In this document: in pieces, positions 49,157 to 62,762 of the stretch
How the letters are laid out: every line of letters begins with the position of its first letter
How positions within the stretch are numbered: the stretch's first letter is position 1
Assembly (NCBI RefSeq): GCF_009914755.1
Contig: NC_060938.1
DNA: 64,000 nucleotides
Origin: the human T2T-CHM13v2.0 reference genome, Homo sapiens
Reading direction: 5' to 3' (one strand)
Program-made: the position numbers and the translations under genes
The notes under the pieces: model-generated
What the model was told of the DNA's origin: nothing
The model's database searches: none
The model's input: the letters and a program-made list of their open reading frames with translations, nothing else

Positions 49157-51454
49157 TGTATTAGTCCATTTTCATAATGCTATAAAGAACTGCCCAAGAC
49201 AGTGTAATGCATAAAGAGGTATAATTGACTCAATTTCCACATGACTGAGGAGGCCTCAGGAAACTTACAATCATGGTGGAAGGAAAAGCAAACATGTCCT
49301 TCTTGAAATGGTTGAAGGAGACAGAAGTGCCAAGCAAAGGGGAAAAAGCCCCTTATAAAACCATCAGATAATATGAGAACTCACTCACTATCATGAGAAT
49401 ATGGGGGGGAACTGCCTTCAATGATTCAATTATCTTCCACCAGTTCCCTCCCATGACATATAGGAATTATGGAAATTAGAATTGAAGATGAAATTTGGGT
49501 GGGGACACAGTCAAACCACATCATCCCAACCTGGCCCTTCCCAAATCTCATGTCCTCACATTTCAAAACACAACTATGCCTTTCCAATAGTTCCCCAAAG
49601 TCTTAGCTCATTCCAGCACTAACTTAAAAGACCAAGTCCAAAGTCTCATCTGAGACAAGGCAAGTCCCTTCTGCCTATGAGCCTGTAAAATCAAAAGCAA
49701 GTTAGTTACTTCCTAGACACAATGGAGGATGCAGGAATTAGATAAATATACCCATTTCAAATGAGAGAAATTGGCCAAAATGAAGGGGCTACAGGCCTCA
49801 TGCAAAATCAAAATCCATCGGGCAGTCATTAAACCATAACAAAATTATCTCCTTTGACTCCATGTCTCACACCCAGGTCACACCAATGCAAGAAGTGAGC
49901 TCCCATGGTCTTGGGCAGCTCCACTCCTCTAACTTTTCAGGGTACAGCCCCCTTCCAGGCTGCATTCATGGCTGGCGTTGAGTGTCTGTGACTTTTCCAG
50001 GCACACGGTGCAAGCTGTTGGTGGATCTACTATTCTGGGGTCTGGAAGATGGTGGCCCTCTCCTCACAGCTGCACCAGGTAGTGCCCTAGTGAAGACTCT
50101 GTGTGGGGGCTCCAACCCCATATTTCCCTGCTGCACTGCCCTAGCAGAGGTTCTCCACAAGGGTCCCACCCCTGCAGCAAACTTCTGCCTGTACATCCAT
50201 ACATTTCCATATATCCTCTGAAATCTAGGCTGAGGTTCCCAAACCTCAATTTTTTACTTCCGTGCACCTGCAGGCTCAAAACCACGTGGAAGCCGCCAAA
50301 GCCTGGGGCTTGCACCCTCTGAAGCCATGGCCCGAGCTGTACCTTGCCCCCTTTTAGCCATGACTGGAGTGGCTGGGATGCAGAGCACCAAGTCCCTTGG
50401 CTCACACAGCAGAGGGGGGCCTGGGTCTGGCCCAGGAAACAAATTTTTCCTACTAGGCCTCCAGGTCTTGATGGGAGGGGCTGTTTGAAGGTTTCTGACA
50501 TGTCCTGGAGACATTTTCCCCATTGTCTTGGTGATTAACATTTGGCTCCTTGTTACTTACACAAATTTCCACAGTCATTTTGAATTTCTCCCCAGAAAAT
50601 AGTTTTTTCTTTCCTATTGCATCATCAGGCTGCAAATTTTCCAAACTTTTATGCTCTGTTACCTCTTGAATGCTTTGTTGCTTAGAAATTTCTTCCACCA
50701 GATATCCTAAATCATCTATCTCAAGTTCAAATTTCCATAGATCTCTAGGGCAGGGGCAAAAAGCTGCCAGTCTCTTTGCTAAAGCATAGCAAGAGTCACC
50801 TTTACTCCAGTTCCCAACAGTTTCTCCATCTGAGACTACTTCAGCCTGGACTTCATTGTCCATATCACTATCAGCATTTTGGTCAAAGCCATTCAACAAG
50901 TCTCTAGGAAGTTCCAGGCCTTTCCACATCTTCCTGTATTCTGAGCCCTCCAAGTTTCTAGAAAGTTTCAAACTTTCCCACATTTCCTATCTTCTTCTGA
51001 GCCCTCCAAACTGTTCCAACCTCTGCCTGTTACGAGTTCCAAAGTCACTTCCATATATTTGGGTATTCTTACAGCAGCACCCCACTCTCAATACCAATTT
51101 GCTGTATAAGTCTGTTCTCACATTGATATATAGAACTGCCTGAGACTGGGTAATTTATAAAGGAAATAAGTTTAATTGACTCACAGTTCTGCATAGTGTG
51201 GAAGGCCTCAGGAAACTTATAATCATGGCAGAAGGGGAAGGAAACACATCCTTCTTCACATGGCAACTGGAGACATAAGTGCTGAGCAAAGAGGGAAAAG
51301 CCCTTCATCAAACCATCAGATCTCATGAGAACTCGCTCACTATCATGAGAACACCATGGGGGAAATTTCCTGCCACCAGCTTCTTCCCTCAACACGTGGG
51401 GATTACGGAAACTACAAAATGAGATTTGGGTGGGTACACAGCCAAACTATATCA
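49157..51454 (-). mobile_element. Full-length THE1D/MST-like MaLR: LTR 49157-49523, internal 49524-51102, LTR 51103-51454
   Basis: Two LTRs tgtat(t/a)agtc...caaac(c/t)a(c/t)atca; internal region homologous to 3076-4804; interrupts L1 ORF2; TSD not recognisable. Confidence 0.92.
50453..50983 (-). pseudogene. Remnant of MaLR internal ORF
   Basis: 176-aa ORF similar to 4193-4708 (SKGDSCYALAKRL.AFCPC.RDLW.FELE). Confidence 0.8.
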
Positions 51455-54400
51455 AAACTTCAGCACAATAAAAGCCATATAGAACAGACTCACAGCTAGT
51501 ATCACATTGAATGTAGAAAAACTGAAAGCCTTTCCTCTAAAATCTGAAATATGACAAGGATGCTCACTTTCATCCTTGGTATGCAACACTATACTGGAAG
51601 TCCTAGCTAGAGCAATCAGACAAGAGAAAGAAATAAAGGGCACCCAAATTAAAAGGAGAGGTCAAATTATCCTTGTTGGCAGATGATCTTTTATTTGGAA
51701 AATCTTAAAGACTGCGCCAAAAAAACCTATTAGACCTGATAGATTTAGTAAAGTTGCAGGATACAAAATCAACATGCAAATATCAGTAGTATTTCCTATG
51801 TCAACTGAACAATGTGAAAAAGTAATCAAGAAAGTAATCTCATTTATAACAACTACAAAGACAATAAAGTACCTAAGAATCACCATAAGCAAAGAAATAA
51901 AAGATCTCTACAATGAAAACTAAAACATTCATGAAAGAAACTGAAGATGACACACAAAAAATAGAAATCTAACTCCATGTTCATGGATTAGAAGAGTCAA
52001 TATTGTTGATATGTCCATAGTATGCAAAACAATCTACAGATTCAGTGTAACTCCTATTAAAATACTGGTGACATTCATCATAGAAGTAAAAAAAAATCTA
52101 AAATGTATATGGAACAATAAAAGACCGAGAATAGCCAAAGCTGTAAGGATAAAACTAGAGGAATCACATTACCTGACTTCAGATTATACTATAGAGCCAT
52201 AGTAACCAAACAACACGATACTGGCATAAAAACAGACATGTAGACTGATGGAACAGAATAGAGAACCAAGAAATAAATCATTCATTCATAGTAAACAAAT
52301 TTTTGACAAAGGTGCCAAAGACATATATTGGGGAAAGGACAGTCTTCTCAACAAATGGAGCTGAGTAAACTGAATATTCATTTGCAAAAGAATAACACTA
52401 GACCCCTATCTCCCACCATATGCAAAAATCAAATCAAAATGGACTAAAGATGTAAATCTAAGACCTCAAACTATGAAACTACTAAAAGAGAACATTAGAG
52501 AAACTCTCCTGGACACAGGTCTGGCCAAAGATTTCTTAAGTCACACTCCACAAGCACAGGCAAACAAAGAAAAAATGGACAAGTGTTATCATGTCAAGTT
52601 AAAAAGTTTCTGAATAGCAAAGGAAACAATCAACAAAGTGAAGAAATAATCCACAGAATAGGAGAAATTATTTGCAAACTATCTGACAAGGGATTAATAA
52701 CCACAATATGTAAGGAACTCAACTCTATGGGAAAAAAATCAAACAGATTATTAAATGGGCCAAAGATCTGAATAGACATTTTTCAAAAGAACTAATACAG
52801 ATGGCAAACAGGCATATGAAAAGGAGCTCAACACCATTGATCATCAGAGAAATGCAAATCAAACCACAATGAGATATCATCTCACCCCAGTTAAAATGGG
52901 TTCTATCCAAAAGACAGTCAATAACAAATGCTAGTGAGGATGTGGAGAAAAGAGAACCCTCGTAATACTGTTGGTGGGAATGTAAATTTCTGCAACCACT
53001 ATAGAGAAGAGTATGGAGGTTCCTCAACAAACTGAAAATAGAACTACCTATGATCCAGCAATCCCATTGCTAGGTATATACCCAAAGGGAAGGAAATCAA
53101 TATATCAAAGAGATATCTGTAATCTCATATTTATTGCAGCACTATTCACAATAGCCAAGATTTGGAAGCAACCTACGTGTTCAACAACAAAGAAATGATG
53201 AAGAAAATGTGGTACATACACACAATGGAGTATTATTCAGGCATAGGAAAGCATGAAAGCCTATCATATGCAACAACATGAAGGGAGCTGGAGGACATTA
53301 TGTTAAGTGAAACAAGCCAGGCACAGAAAGACAAACTTCATGTTCTCACTTGTTTTTGGAAGCTAAAAATTAAAAACAATTGAACTTGGAAATTGAGAGT
53401 AGAAGGATGGTTTTCAAAGGCTGGGAAGTATAGTTGTGTGGTCTGGGAGTGGGGAGGACTGGAGATGGTTAGTGGGTACAAAAATATATTTAAATGGAAT
53501 GAATAAATTCTAGTATTTGATAGCATAACAGGGTGACTACAGTGAACAATAATTTCTTGTACATTATAAAATATCTAAAAGAGTATAATTGGATTGATCA
53601 TGACACAAAGAGGATAAATGCTTGAGGTGATGAATACCTCATTTACACTCATGCAATTATTATGCATTGTATACCATATCTAGCTGTCTCATGTTCCCAA
53701 TAAACATGTACACCTACTATGTAACCACAAAAATTAAAAATTAAAAAAAATTAAAGTTAATAAAAAATCAATGTATTTAAGAAAAGACTAACAGAAACCA
53801 AATTTAGCAGAGTCTAGTAATGAATCAAGATACAGAACAGTGAAAGTGAATCTCCAAACAGATTTCATTTCCTTCCTAGCCATGAAAGTCTTTTTTAATA
53901 AAGATTAGTGTTTGGTTGCAGCTGTAGTTTGGCAGCTTAAAATTTCTCTCTTCCTGAATTTTGCAATTTACATAGGAACCTTCTTTCAGAAAATATTGTC
54001 AGTGGAATTGAATGGACATTAATTTTCAATTAAACTAACATGAATTTCCACTTGTCTATTGACAGTTTTCTAGCAAATAGAAGATTCCAGAGTGGGGAAA
54101 AAACTTTTTCAAGTTTATTACTGACAAAACCATCAATGTCAGTTATGGCCCAGAAAATCCAATTTAGGATTTGTCTGAAAGGAAGATACTGTCTCCTCCT
54201 CAGAAAAAGGTGAGCCCCGTGGTGTAATTCATGATGCATACCAATGGCTGAAGCAAAAATACATATGAATAATGCACTGTGTGCTGCCATCCATCGCAGG
54301 AAAATCTCTTAATTGAAAGGGGCCACAAGGTTTTATAGGGACCGTTAAGCCAATCTATTTTTAGCTGAGTAACTCTTCATCTGCCCATGCTAGGAAATTA

Positions 54401-55965
54401 CAGCCTTGACATTAATTATGGCTATGGAAGTGTTACCTGAAAAATTAATTTTATGCTGTGCAAACAGTTAGGTAGAAAATCCATGAAGAAAGTGCCACTG
54501 ATAAGACAAGTAGTTCCTCTAGAGTCCAATGAGACCATCTGTGCCTTTTCCTGAGCTTTTTCCTTTGGTTACATTTGAGCTGCTACATCCACTAGTGGAA
54601 AATGTTCTTATTTCAAAAAGGAACACCAGGGAAGAATGAAATAAAGTATTTTTACCTTGCGACTGTCCTTATTAGTATGTATGCCCAAATGCATCAAACT
54701 AATGAGGCAGTGTCATTATATGGAAAAGCTGTATTGGGTGTTCTGAAAGTTTTAGCACATTGGAAGGATAAAACAAAATAAAAGCTATTAAACACATGTG
54801 GTCATAAAGTAATAATGAAGATAGTCACACAATATGTTGACTTCACTAATAACTACTGCATGTAGTGTAAAGGGTAGAATTTTAAGATATTCAATTTTTC
54901 CCCAAAAGCATAAAGTACCGAAAGCTATATTCCAAACACAGTACATGGTATAGAAACTTTTTACAATACAAATTGTGGTTCCAGCACATTTAAGTTCTCC
55001 ATTTTTATTTAAAAGAGGGCAAAATAAATATGAATTTCAATATTACCTGTATGATGCTTAATTCATTTGCTTAATCTAAAGGTTAAAATAAATAATATCA
55101 CCATTTTGCACATTTAAGTAAAAATCTACTGAAAAATAACAAACGTTGGAGAAAATAAAACAAAAATCCTTAATCTGTATCCTCAGAATATGATGGTAGT
55201 AAAATTAAACATATTAAATCATACCATGAGCATTCTAAAATTAAGCAGAAAAGACAATTGTATAATTAGAAATGGGAAACAAGAAACATTTAAATCCTTC
55301 TTGGCATTGTAGCTTAATATATTCCATTATTAGTTGAGTTTTTAAATTGAAATAATCATACAATCCCTTCTGGTCCCTGTAAACACAGCCTACCTAGTAT
55401 AACATTAGACACAGCTCAGTAAAATCTCAACACCAAAACTCTCCAAATCTACCAAACATGTGGGAATAAGAACAGTATCTTTTCATTCCACAGGCTTGAA
55501 ATTTTATAGAGTTTCACCCTTAATCACAGAGGATTGGAAGCCTCTTTCAGTGGAACTTTCCCTGATATAGATAGAATATGCTGAGGGTTATTTCTCCAGA
55601 AACTGTGTCTATATCTACTATCTGAATATTTAAGGAACAAAATACCCATTTCCAACCTATGCAATACAATGTACTACTTCAGATCCTCTAAATATGCTAA
55701 TCTCCAGCTTTATCATGATGTCTCTAGTTTTTTTCCTAAAAGTTCAGCATGGGCAGGTCTAGACAAAACTGTGAAGTTGGTAATTTATTGATAGTTCCTG
55801 CACCTAAATTCCTCTTTTGTATCTCACTTTCACTTTCCACTACTACCCTACCCAACTCCCTCTAAACCTTTGAACCCTCATACTCTTCCCTGAATGTGAG
55901 AATTGTCTTATCACAGATTTTATATCACAGTTTGTTAACTTATTCAATATTGATCAAGCACTTAC

Positions 55966-57049
55966 TAACAGAGCAGGAGCATTGCCATCTTGGACAAGCC
56001 CCTCATTCTAAAGTTCACCTTAATAAAAAACCACCTAAATCCAAAGGGCATCAGTGTAATGGCTAAGGTCAGCATAACCATAAACCACAAATAACATCTC
56101 CAACCAGACACATTCCAAACTCCTCCCCAACCAGACATGCTGGCCCCTAGATAAGCCCCTCCAGCTGGGAAGATGCTAGCCTCGAGATAACCCCTCTTAG
56201 GACCCGAAAGATGTCTGCCCCAGATAACCTCCCCTCCTCCCAGAGAGATTCCAACCCCACTATAAACTTCTTTACACACATAAACATTCCAAGCTTATGA
56301 TAAACCTCCCCTCACCCTAAAATCAATATATACTCTTAGTCTGTAAGAGAAAGCACTCCTGACCTCAATCGGCCAGGAGCACCTCTCAGGTTTTAACTAA
56401 AGAAAACCTGTCTTTGACTGCCAAGCCACGTTTCGTGTTTCTTTCTTTTTTTTTTTTTTAGTTCATCAAAGAGTGTTTATTTAACATTTTCTTTTTTTTT
56501 TTTAATTATACTTTAAGTTTTAGGGTACATGTGCACAACGTGCAGGTTTGTTACATATATATACATGTGCCATGTTGGTGTGCTGCACCCATTAACTTGT
56601 CATTTAACATTAGGTATATCTCCTAATGCTATCCCTCCCCCTCCGCCCACCCCATAACAGGCCCCGGTGTGCGATGTTCCCCTTCCTGTGTCCATGTGTT
56701 CTTATTGTTCAATTCCCACCTATGAGTGAGAACATGTGGCGTTTGGTTTTTTGTCCTTGCGATAGTTTGCTGAGAATGATGGTTTCCAGCTTCAGCCATG
56801 TCCCACAAAGGACATGAACTCATCCTTTTTTATGGCTGCATAGTATTCCATGGTGTACATGTGCCACATTTTCTTAACCCGAAGGATTATAAATCATGCT
56901 GCTATAAAGACACATGCACATGTATGTTTACTGTGGCACTATTCACAATAGCAAAGACTTGGAACCAACCCAAATGTCCAACAATGATAGACTGGATTAA
57001 GAAAATGTGGCACGTTTCGTGTTTCTTACCTCTTTCTTTAACTCTTACA
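55966..57049 (+). mobile_element. LTR19-like (HERV-F group) 5' LTR, split by L1PA
   Basis: T(A)ACAGAGCAGGAGCATTGCCATCTTGGACAAGC start; ends 'taactcttaca' directly before a Phe PBS. Confidence 0.82.
56444..57010 (-). mobile_element. Young L1PA (PA2/PA3-like) 3' fragment with 5' inversion and 3' transduction
   Basis: 17-bp TSD cacgtttcgtgtttctt (56427-56443/57011-57027); minus-strand 3'UTR 56504-~56879; plus-oriented piece ~56878-57010; two poly-A tracts. Confidence 0.93.
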
Positions 57050-57051
57050 TT

Positions 57052-57069
57052 TGGTGCCAAAACCTGGGA
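57052..57069 (+). promoter_or_regulatory. PBS, tRNA-Phe
   Basis: TGGTGCCAAAACCTGGGA vs TGGTGCCGAAACCCGGGA (16/18, both changes at CpG). Confidence 0.88.
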
Positions 57070-58100
57070 CGAGTGCTGGGGGCAGAGGCTCCCTTGCAAC
57101 CCGGGAAGCAGTGGGCAATGGCCGCTCATCCTAAGTTCACTCCTGGATCCTGAGGGTCTCTGGCCACCTGCCCTGTCTTTTCTCTCACTTCACTTTTCCC
57201 TCATCCTCCCTTTCTCTCTCTCTCTCTCTCTCTCTTTTTCTCTCTCTCTCCATCGTGCAGCTGCAGTCCAAGAGGTCCTTTGCTGATTCCAACTGGAACA
57301 TCCAACATCGGACACTAATCCAGCTGACTGGTAAGATCTGCCCTCCCCTGGTTTTCTCACAGTACCCGGGAAAAGTCAGGTCCACTGTCCACGTCCTCGG
57401 AGGACCAGCGAGACTAAGCTAAAAGAAGTCTTGGGGATGCCCAGTGTTCTTCTCAGTTTGACCATCCTCTTTAGAAAGAGGATTCTGGGTCTCTGTCTTT
57501 TGTCTGGGGATGCCTAGAACAAAAACAGACACCCTGGGCTGCTTCTCACGAATCCACATGGATGCTAAAAAATCCCACATTCCTATACCCTCTCCACTGT
57601 GCTGTCTCCTTCATGACCTCACCAAACTTGGCTTAAGTGTTTAGTCTTTTACTGTAACACGGCCTGGCACCAAAACACATTAGATAATGACAGCCAATGG
57701 CCTGAAAATGGCACCTTTAACTTGCAAATTCTCAGGAATTGAACAACTTTATAACCAGGAATGGAAAATGGCAAGAGGTTCTCTATATTCAGGCCTTCTT
57801 CTACTTTTACCTTAAATATCAACCCTCCCTGTGTCAAGCTTGCACCTCTCACAAAATCTTTCTTCTTAATAAAAACCCTCCCCAGGTCTCTCCTTCCTCC
57901 AAAACTCCTTTTGACCCTGCAGATAAACCCCCTCTGTATTCTTATCCCCCTGCATCCACTCCTTACCAATCCAAATCCTCCGCCCTGGTGGCCCCTCCTG
58001 CTTCCAAGCATTCAGCCCCAAACCCCACTCCTCCTCCTTCTCCACCTGTTACCCATTCAAAAACCACCTCTGCCATTCATTCACTAGGACTGAAATCAGG
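57070..58100 (+). pseudogene. gag: HERV-F-type leader and truncated gag (matrix/proline-rich)
   Basis: Gammaretrovirus-like peptides WPENGTFNLQIL and NNFITRNGKWQEVLYIQAFF followed by Pro-rich PPLYSYPP; (CT)n in leader. Confidence 0.75.
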
Positions 58101-58158
58101 CTGGAATACAGAGGTGAGGTCAATACTCTGAGGACTGACTCAGCTGCAGAGAAAAGTA

Positions 58159-58486
58159 TGTGAACCCAGAAAATCTGAGACAGGTCTCAGTTAATTTAGA
58201 AAGTTTATTTTTCCAAGGTTGAGGACGCACCCATAACGCAGCCTCAGGAAGTCCTGACGACATGTGCCCAAGGTAGCTGGGGCACAGCTTGGCTTTATAC
58301 ATTTTATACATTTTAGGAAGACATGAGACAATATATGTAAGAAGTACATTGGTTCAGTCTGGAAAGGTGGGACAACTTGAAACAAAGGCAGGAAGACTGG
58401 AAACAGGGAGGTAGCTTCTAGGGCACAGATGGGTGAGACACAAGTGGCTGCATTCTTTTGAGTTTCTGATTAGCCATTCCAAAGGA
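58159..58486 (-). mobile_element. MER4A-like LTR fragment
   Basis: tgtgaacccagaaaatctgagacaggtctcagttaatttagaaagtttatt...gtcctgacgacatgtgcccaagg; truncated. Confidence 0.82.
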
Positions 58487-58569
58487 GAAAGAGACATGAA
58501 CATGAGCAATGCATTTAACCCCAGCCACTTCCCAGAGAGGGAGAATGGTTCTACTTGGATGTTATAGCA

Positions 58570-59060
58570 TTTATGGTCCTGATAAGAACAAGAAGGCAGG
58601 CCAAATTTAGAAGATTTGAGGAAGGTTTGTTTACAAAGTGACTATTTACAAAGTTGTAGGGAGGGGATGGGGGATCGAGGGTAGTTAGTACAATGACTCT
58701 GGGTCAGCAGCAACAGAGCCGTTAAGACCTGCAGGTCCAAAACAGTAAGGGGAAGAGGCAGTTACTAAAAACTGGAAGGAGAGAATCATATAGATGAGGC
58801 CACCAGGAGAATAGTGGTAACATGTGCTCGGGTAAGTAATACAGAGAACCTGAGAAAAAAATAGGACCGTGAGGAAGCCAGGAGAATAGATCTAAAAACC
58901 TCACTTTCCTTCCCTCTCCCATCTGTGCGCTCCCCATTGACTGAACATAATCGGGAGCCAAAGGGCATAGAGATCTACCAATGAAATGAACATAGATCAG
59001 TCTATTGGAGAATAGGGTAAAGGAGAAGAGTAGAAGAGGATTCTGGAAAACAAAGAGAAG
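58570..59060. mobile_element. Ancient LTR-like remnant (possibly LTR78/MamGyp class)
   Basis: Diverged resemblance only ('ctcactttccttccctctccc..ccccattgactgaac..gggagccaaagggca'). Confidence 0.35.
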
Positions 59061-59069
59061 TTATTCACT

Positions 59070-59395
59070 GATGTGTAATAGGTATCTCAAAATGAACATT
59101 TCTATTACTATCACACAAGTCTTTAAGTAAAAAAAAAAAAATAACATCTCTGAAATTCAATATTTGCCTGAAAAAATGCTTCATCTTTAGTTTTCCTCTC
59201 TCACAGGATGGTGACTCCATCTTTCCAGTTGCTTAGGCCAAAATTCTTAGGGCCATTCTTGATGCCTGTATTTTTCGTAAACTTAATCCAATTGTCAGGA
59301 AATCCTGTGGTCTCTATGTTCAGAATGTATCTGGAATGCTACCACTTCCCAGCACCTTTGCAAAACCATTACCTCCTGAGACTGAATTTCTGCAA
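59070..59395 (+). mobile_element. L2 fragment
   Basis: 'ctccatctttccagttgcttaggccaaaattcttagggccattcttgat..aaatcctgt..ttcagaatgtatctggaat'. Confidence 0.75.
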
Positions 59396-60329
59396 CAACA
59401 ACAGAAAAGTAATATTGTACAAAACTTTTTGTCTCTAATTTTCCAAAACACCTGATGACTTATCTATGTAGGCATATAAATGTGATCCCTAGTTTCAATA
59501 CTTACGGTAAAAATTACGTGCAATTCTGCCTTTTGTATGGGATTCCTGCACCAATCTATTACATATCCTTTTTTTAAACACACACGTAGAATTAATACAA
59601 GCGAGAGACTGAAAACTGCCCTCAATTACATACTTAAAGGTTCACATAAAGATTTGAAAAGGTCCAGAGAAATTACATGTCTGCCTCAGCAAGTTCATAA
59701 TAGCAAATGAGGAATTGGGGCAGATTACTAAAAATAAATTTAAATAATCCTCTTTTGTAAACCATACTAAGCTTTGCCTGTTTAAGTCAATTTTGGCAAA
59801 GAAATTCCGACTATCACAGTGAAAATATGTGAATTTATTTTGAAACTGTTCCAACCCCAGAAAATGCCAAGATAATTAACAAGTTTACAAACTTTAGAAA
59901 AGGTACCACGTTTTCAAAAACAATACGGTAAACGTAACAAAAATCCTTTCCACCTTACTGCTTGTCTATTTTTGGAAAGCAAGTTGCTGTAACTCTTAAC
60001 ACAAATTTAAGTGAAATAATCAGTTAATTTCTTCATAAGAAACAGTTATCACTTCAACTGCACATTAAATTGGAGGTGTGTAAAATAAAGACAAAATTAA
60101 TATTATTCAGAAAAAAATCAACAGCCTATATATGTTTGGTGTATTACATTAAATATAAACTTAGCAGCTTTATGTATACTTATTAAGCTTTTAAACACAT
60201 ACTTAAGCTGAAACTGAAGTTAAGAAAGGAAATGGCCTTTAAAATCCAGCTACCAAAATCAGTCCTCCTTGGGCTTTAAAACAGAAAATAAAAATACTAC
60301 ATTATAGGAAGGTGCAGAGTATGTCAACT

Positions 60330-60988
60330 AGTGGCAGGCCAGGTCTCACTAATGCAGGCCTCCATTACAACTGTTTCAGCACTGACTGAGTAGTTAGATT
60401 AAATGTTAACAGCTGATAGAGCCAGTGCCCTCATACAAAGGCTGGAATGTAACAAAAGCCCACCAAGAGTTTGGCTTTGGCCTTTCCTGGGCCTTGAAAC
60501 ACGACAAGATAACAAAGGAATTCTTAATAGAACTCGTTTAGGATTAAAAAAATTTTATTGGTGATCTGAAGGAATTCCCCAGACCTCCACAAACAAGCTT
60601 TATTGGGGACTGAAGGAACTCCCCAAACCTCCATGATTTAGAAGGAGACAAGATAAGGGTAATCACCCCTGGCGCCTGGACCCATCTAGATTAAGTAAAC
60701 TTACTGGGGCTCCAGAGGAAGGTCTTCAGGACTCAGATCTTAGTTACAGATTAAAAGAAGTTAATCACTTATGTCTTTAGATTAATGCACACTTACATGT
60801 AGACATGAAGCTTAGAAGATATACAAGCTCTGGAATTTGTAATTTTGAGTTGGTCTGCTAATAATTTCCAGGCCTTCTCCCTGTAACCAGTTACAGAAAT
60901 GAAAACCTCCCTTCTTTCCCAGTTCATCTGCATCTCGTTATTGGGCTGTGAGAATAAGCAGCCTGACCCTCGGTTTGGTCCGGGAACA
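60330..60988 (+). mobile_element. MER39-like ERV1 solo LTR
   Basis: (a)gtggcaggccaggtctcactaatgcaggcctcc...ggtttggtccgggaaca; 4-bp TSD aact (60326-60329/60989-60992). Confidence 0.8.
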
Positions 60989-62249
60989 AACTTACGTCTT
61001 CACTATGATACATCAAACTCCTTTTGCACCCATGCATTCATTAACAGTGATATGATAGCTCCTTTCTTGTCAACTATCTGTTTTCTATTCAAAATTCATC
61101 AAATTTAATTGATTTAAAAGAAATGTACAAAATAAAAACAGGTTGATCCTTCACGTTTATGACTGCAATTTTAGGGCTGACTTACAGTAAGATTATTGCT
61201 CTCTCCCTAGGCTCTCTGGAAATTTAGTTAAATAATTAGCAGTTTATTTAAGTTACATATGAACTTATTACTATAAAAATATTAAAAATAATAAGCTTTA
61301 TTAATTGCCTGTTATTTCTCTGCCATAATGCAAACCAATTTAAATACATTAGCCACTTAATAGCTATAACAACCCAGTGAGGTAGATATTAATACCCGCA
61401 TTTATGTCAAAAGGACTTTAAATTGGAGTTATCTACCAACAGGCTATTTGAGAAAAGTGTTGGTTATGTTCATGAGGGCATGGTTAAAATAATGATTTAT
61501 TAACTAAGAATTTCTGTTACACTTCTTTCTGCAAAGAAACTACTTGCCCAAGGGGTATACACTATTTCTAAGTGAATGACAGAATGGTGAAATGTCCACA
61601 TTTTAACAAGTGAGCCATAACTGACAGATGCTCTGAGAAAGAGCAAGTTCAGAAGAGTGTGGTGTTCTCAGTCTCCTCAGGGAGTGATGCCTCCACTCGG
61701 AATTCTAATTTCAGTTTCTGTTACTAAGGAAGAAGAGCAAAACCTGACAGCACAGCCATGGAGGAGAATGAAGGAGAAACAGGGCTGCGAATTCTTAATT
61801 AACGGGGATGTTCAGGGATGCCAATGTGAGCTTTATAAGAGCACTGTGGAAGGTTGCGTTTAGAATAGATACAGAAGCTACTCACTGCTATCACTAACTT
61901 CGGGAGGTAAAATGGCAGTTTCCAAAGTTCTACTCAGTGGTGAGAAGGGAAATTATTTTCTCTGGATCTATCTCCCTGAAAACACTTTCATACTGCTAAA
62001 TGACTTGGTTAACAGCATGGCTCAGAGGTTCCAAAACTCAGTTTCTGAAACTAATTCAAAATGTGCACTCAAGAAATGAAAAGAAACAATCATAAGCAAA
62101 AATACTAAAGTCCTAATGATTTCAACTAATGTTACATTCCCAGAAGAATCAGGGAGCTTCCTAAATATTTCAGGAAAAGTAAAAGTAATGTAGGGTCTCC
62201 TTTTCTCTAAGAAAAAATGTTTAATAATTTAGTGACATTTTCATTTTAT

Positions 62250-62370
62250 TATTCATCCATGGAAACATATTGAAAATTTTAACAGTGCTAGGCACTGTGT
62301 TAGGCACAAGAGCTCCTAAAAAACAAAGGCATATCTCTGAAATTAAAGATATCATAGCCTATTTGGAATG
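62250..62370 (-). mobile_element. L2 3'-end fragment
   Basis: 'attcatccat..catattga..gtgctaggcactgtgttaggcac'. Confidence 0.55.
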
Positions 62371-62762
62371 AATACCAAAACGTCCTATGGTTTTGTAAGG
62401 TTAGCCAAAGAAGCCAGAAGGCTTTACAATAATGATTTAAGGAGGTAAGCAGCACATGTAATCAACAGTGTTATGACTCTCTCAAGATGTACACAAACTG
62501 GAACAAGCATAAAATATCAATACTTAAAGAGAACAATCAAATTTTTAAAAATATACACCAAGATATATTTTCACAAATAACATTTTTTGTAAGGTGGATA
62601 AAAATTGCTGGAGACTAGTTTGCAGTCACAGTTGTCCTCAAAGTTTTGATGACTTGTCAAAGATCAGTCTTGGTCAGTGTAATTGTGATATGTTAACATT
62701 ATTGGGGCAAGTAAACAATTATGGTAATTGCCGGGATAGATATACGATCAAGCTGCGATGAG

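Noticed and set aside
50920-51012. Short internal direct repeat in the THE1D/MST internal region
   Set aside because: The copies are diverged and I recall it as a subfamily consensus feature; not verified, so not reported as locus-specific.
54073-54215. Candidate exon ttttctag|...AAAAG|gtgagc, open in one frame
   Set aside because: Peptide not recognisable, weak pyrimidine tract and no partner exons.
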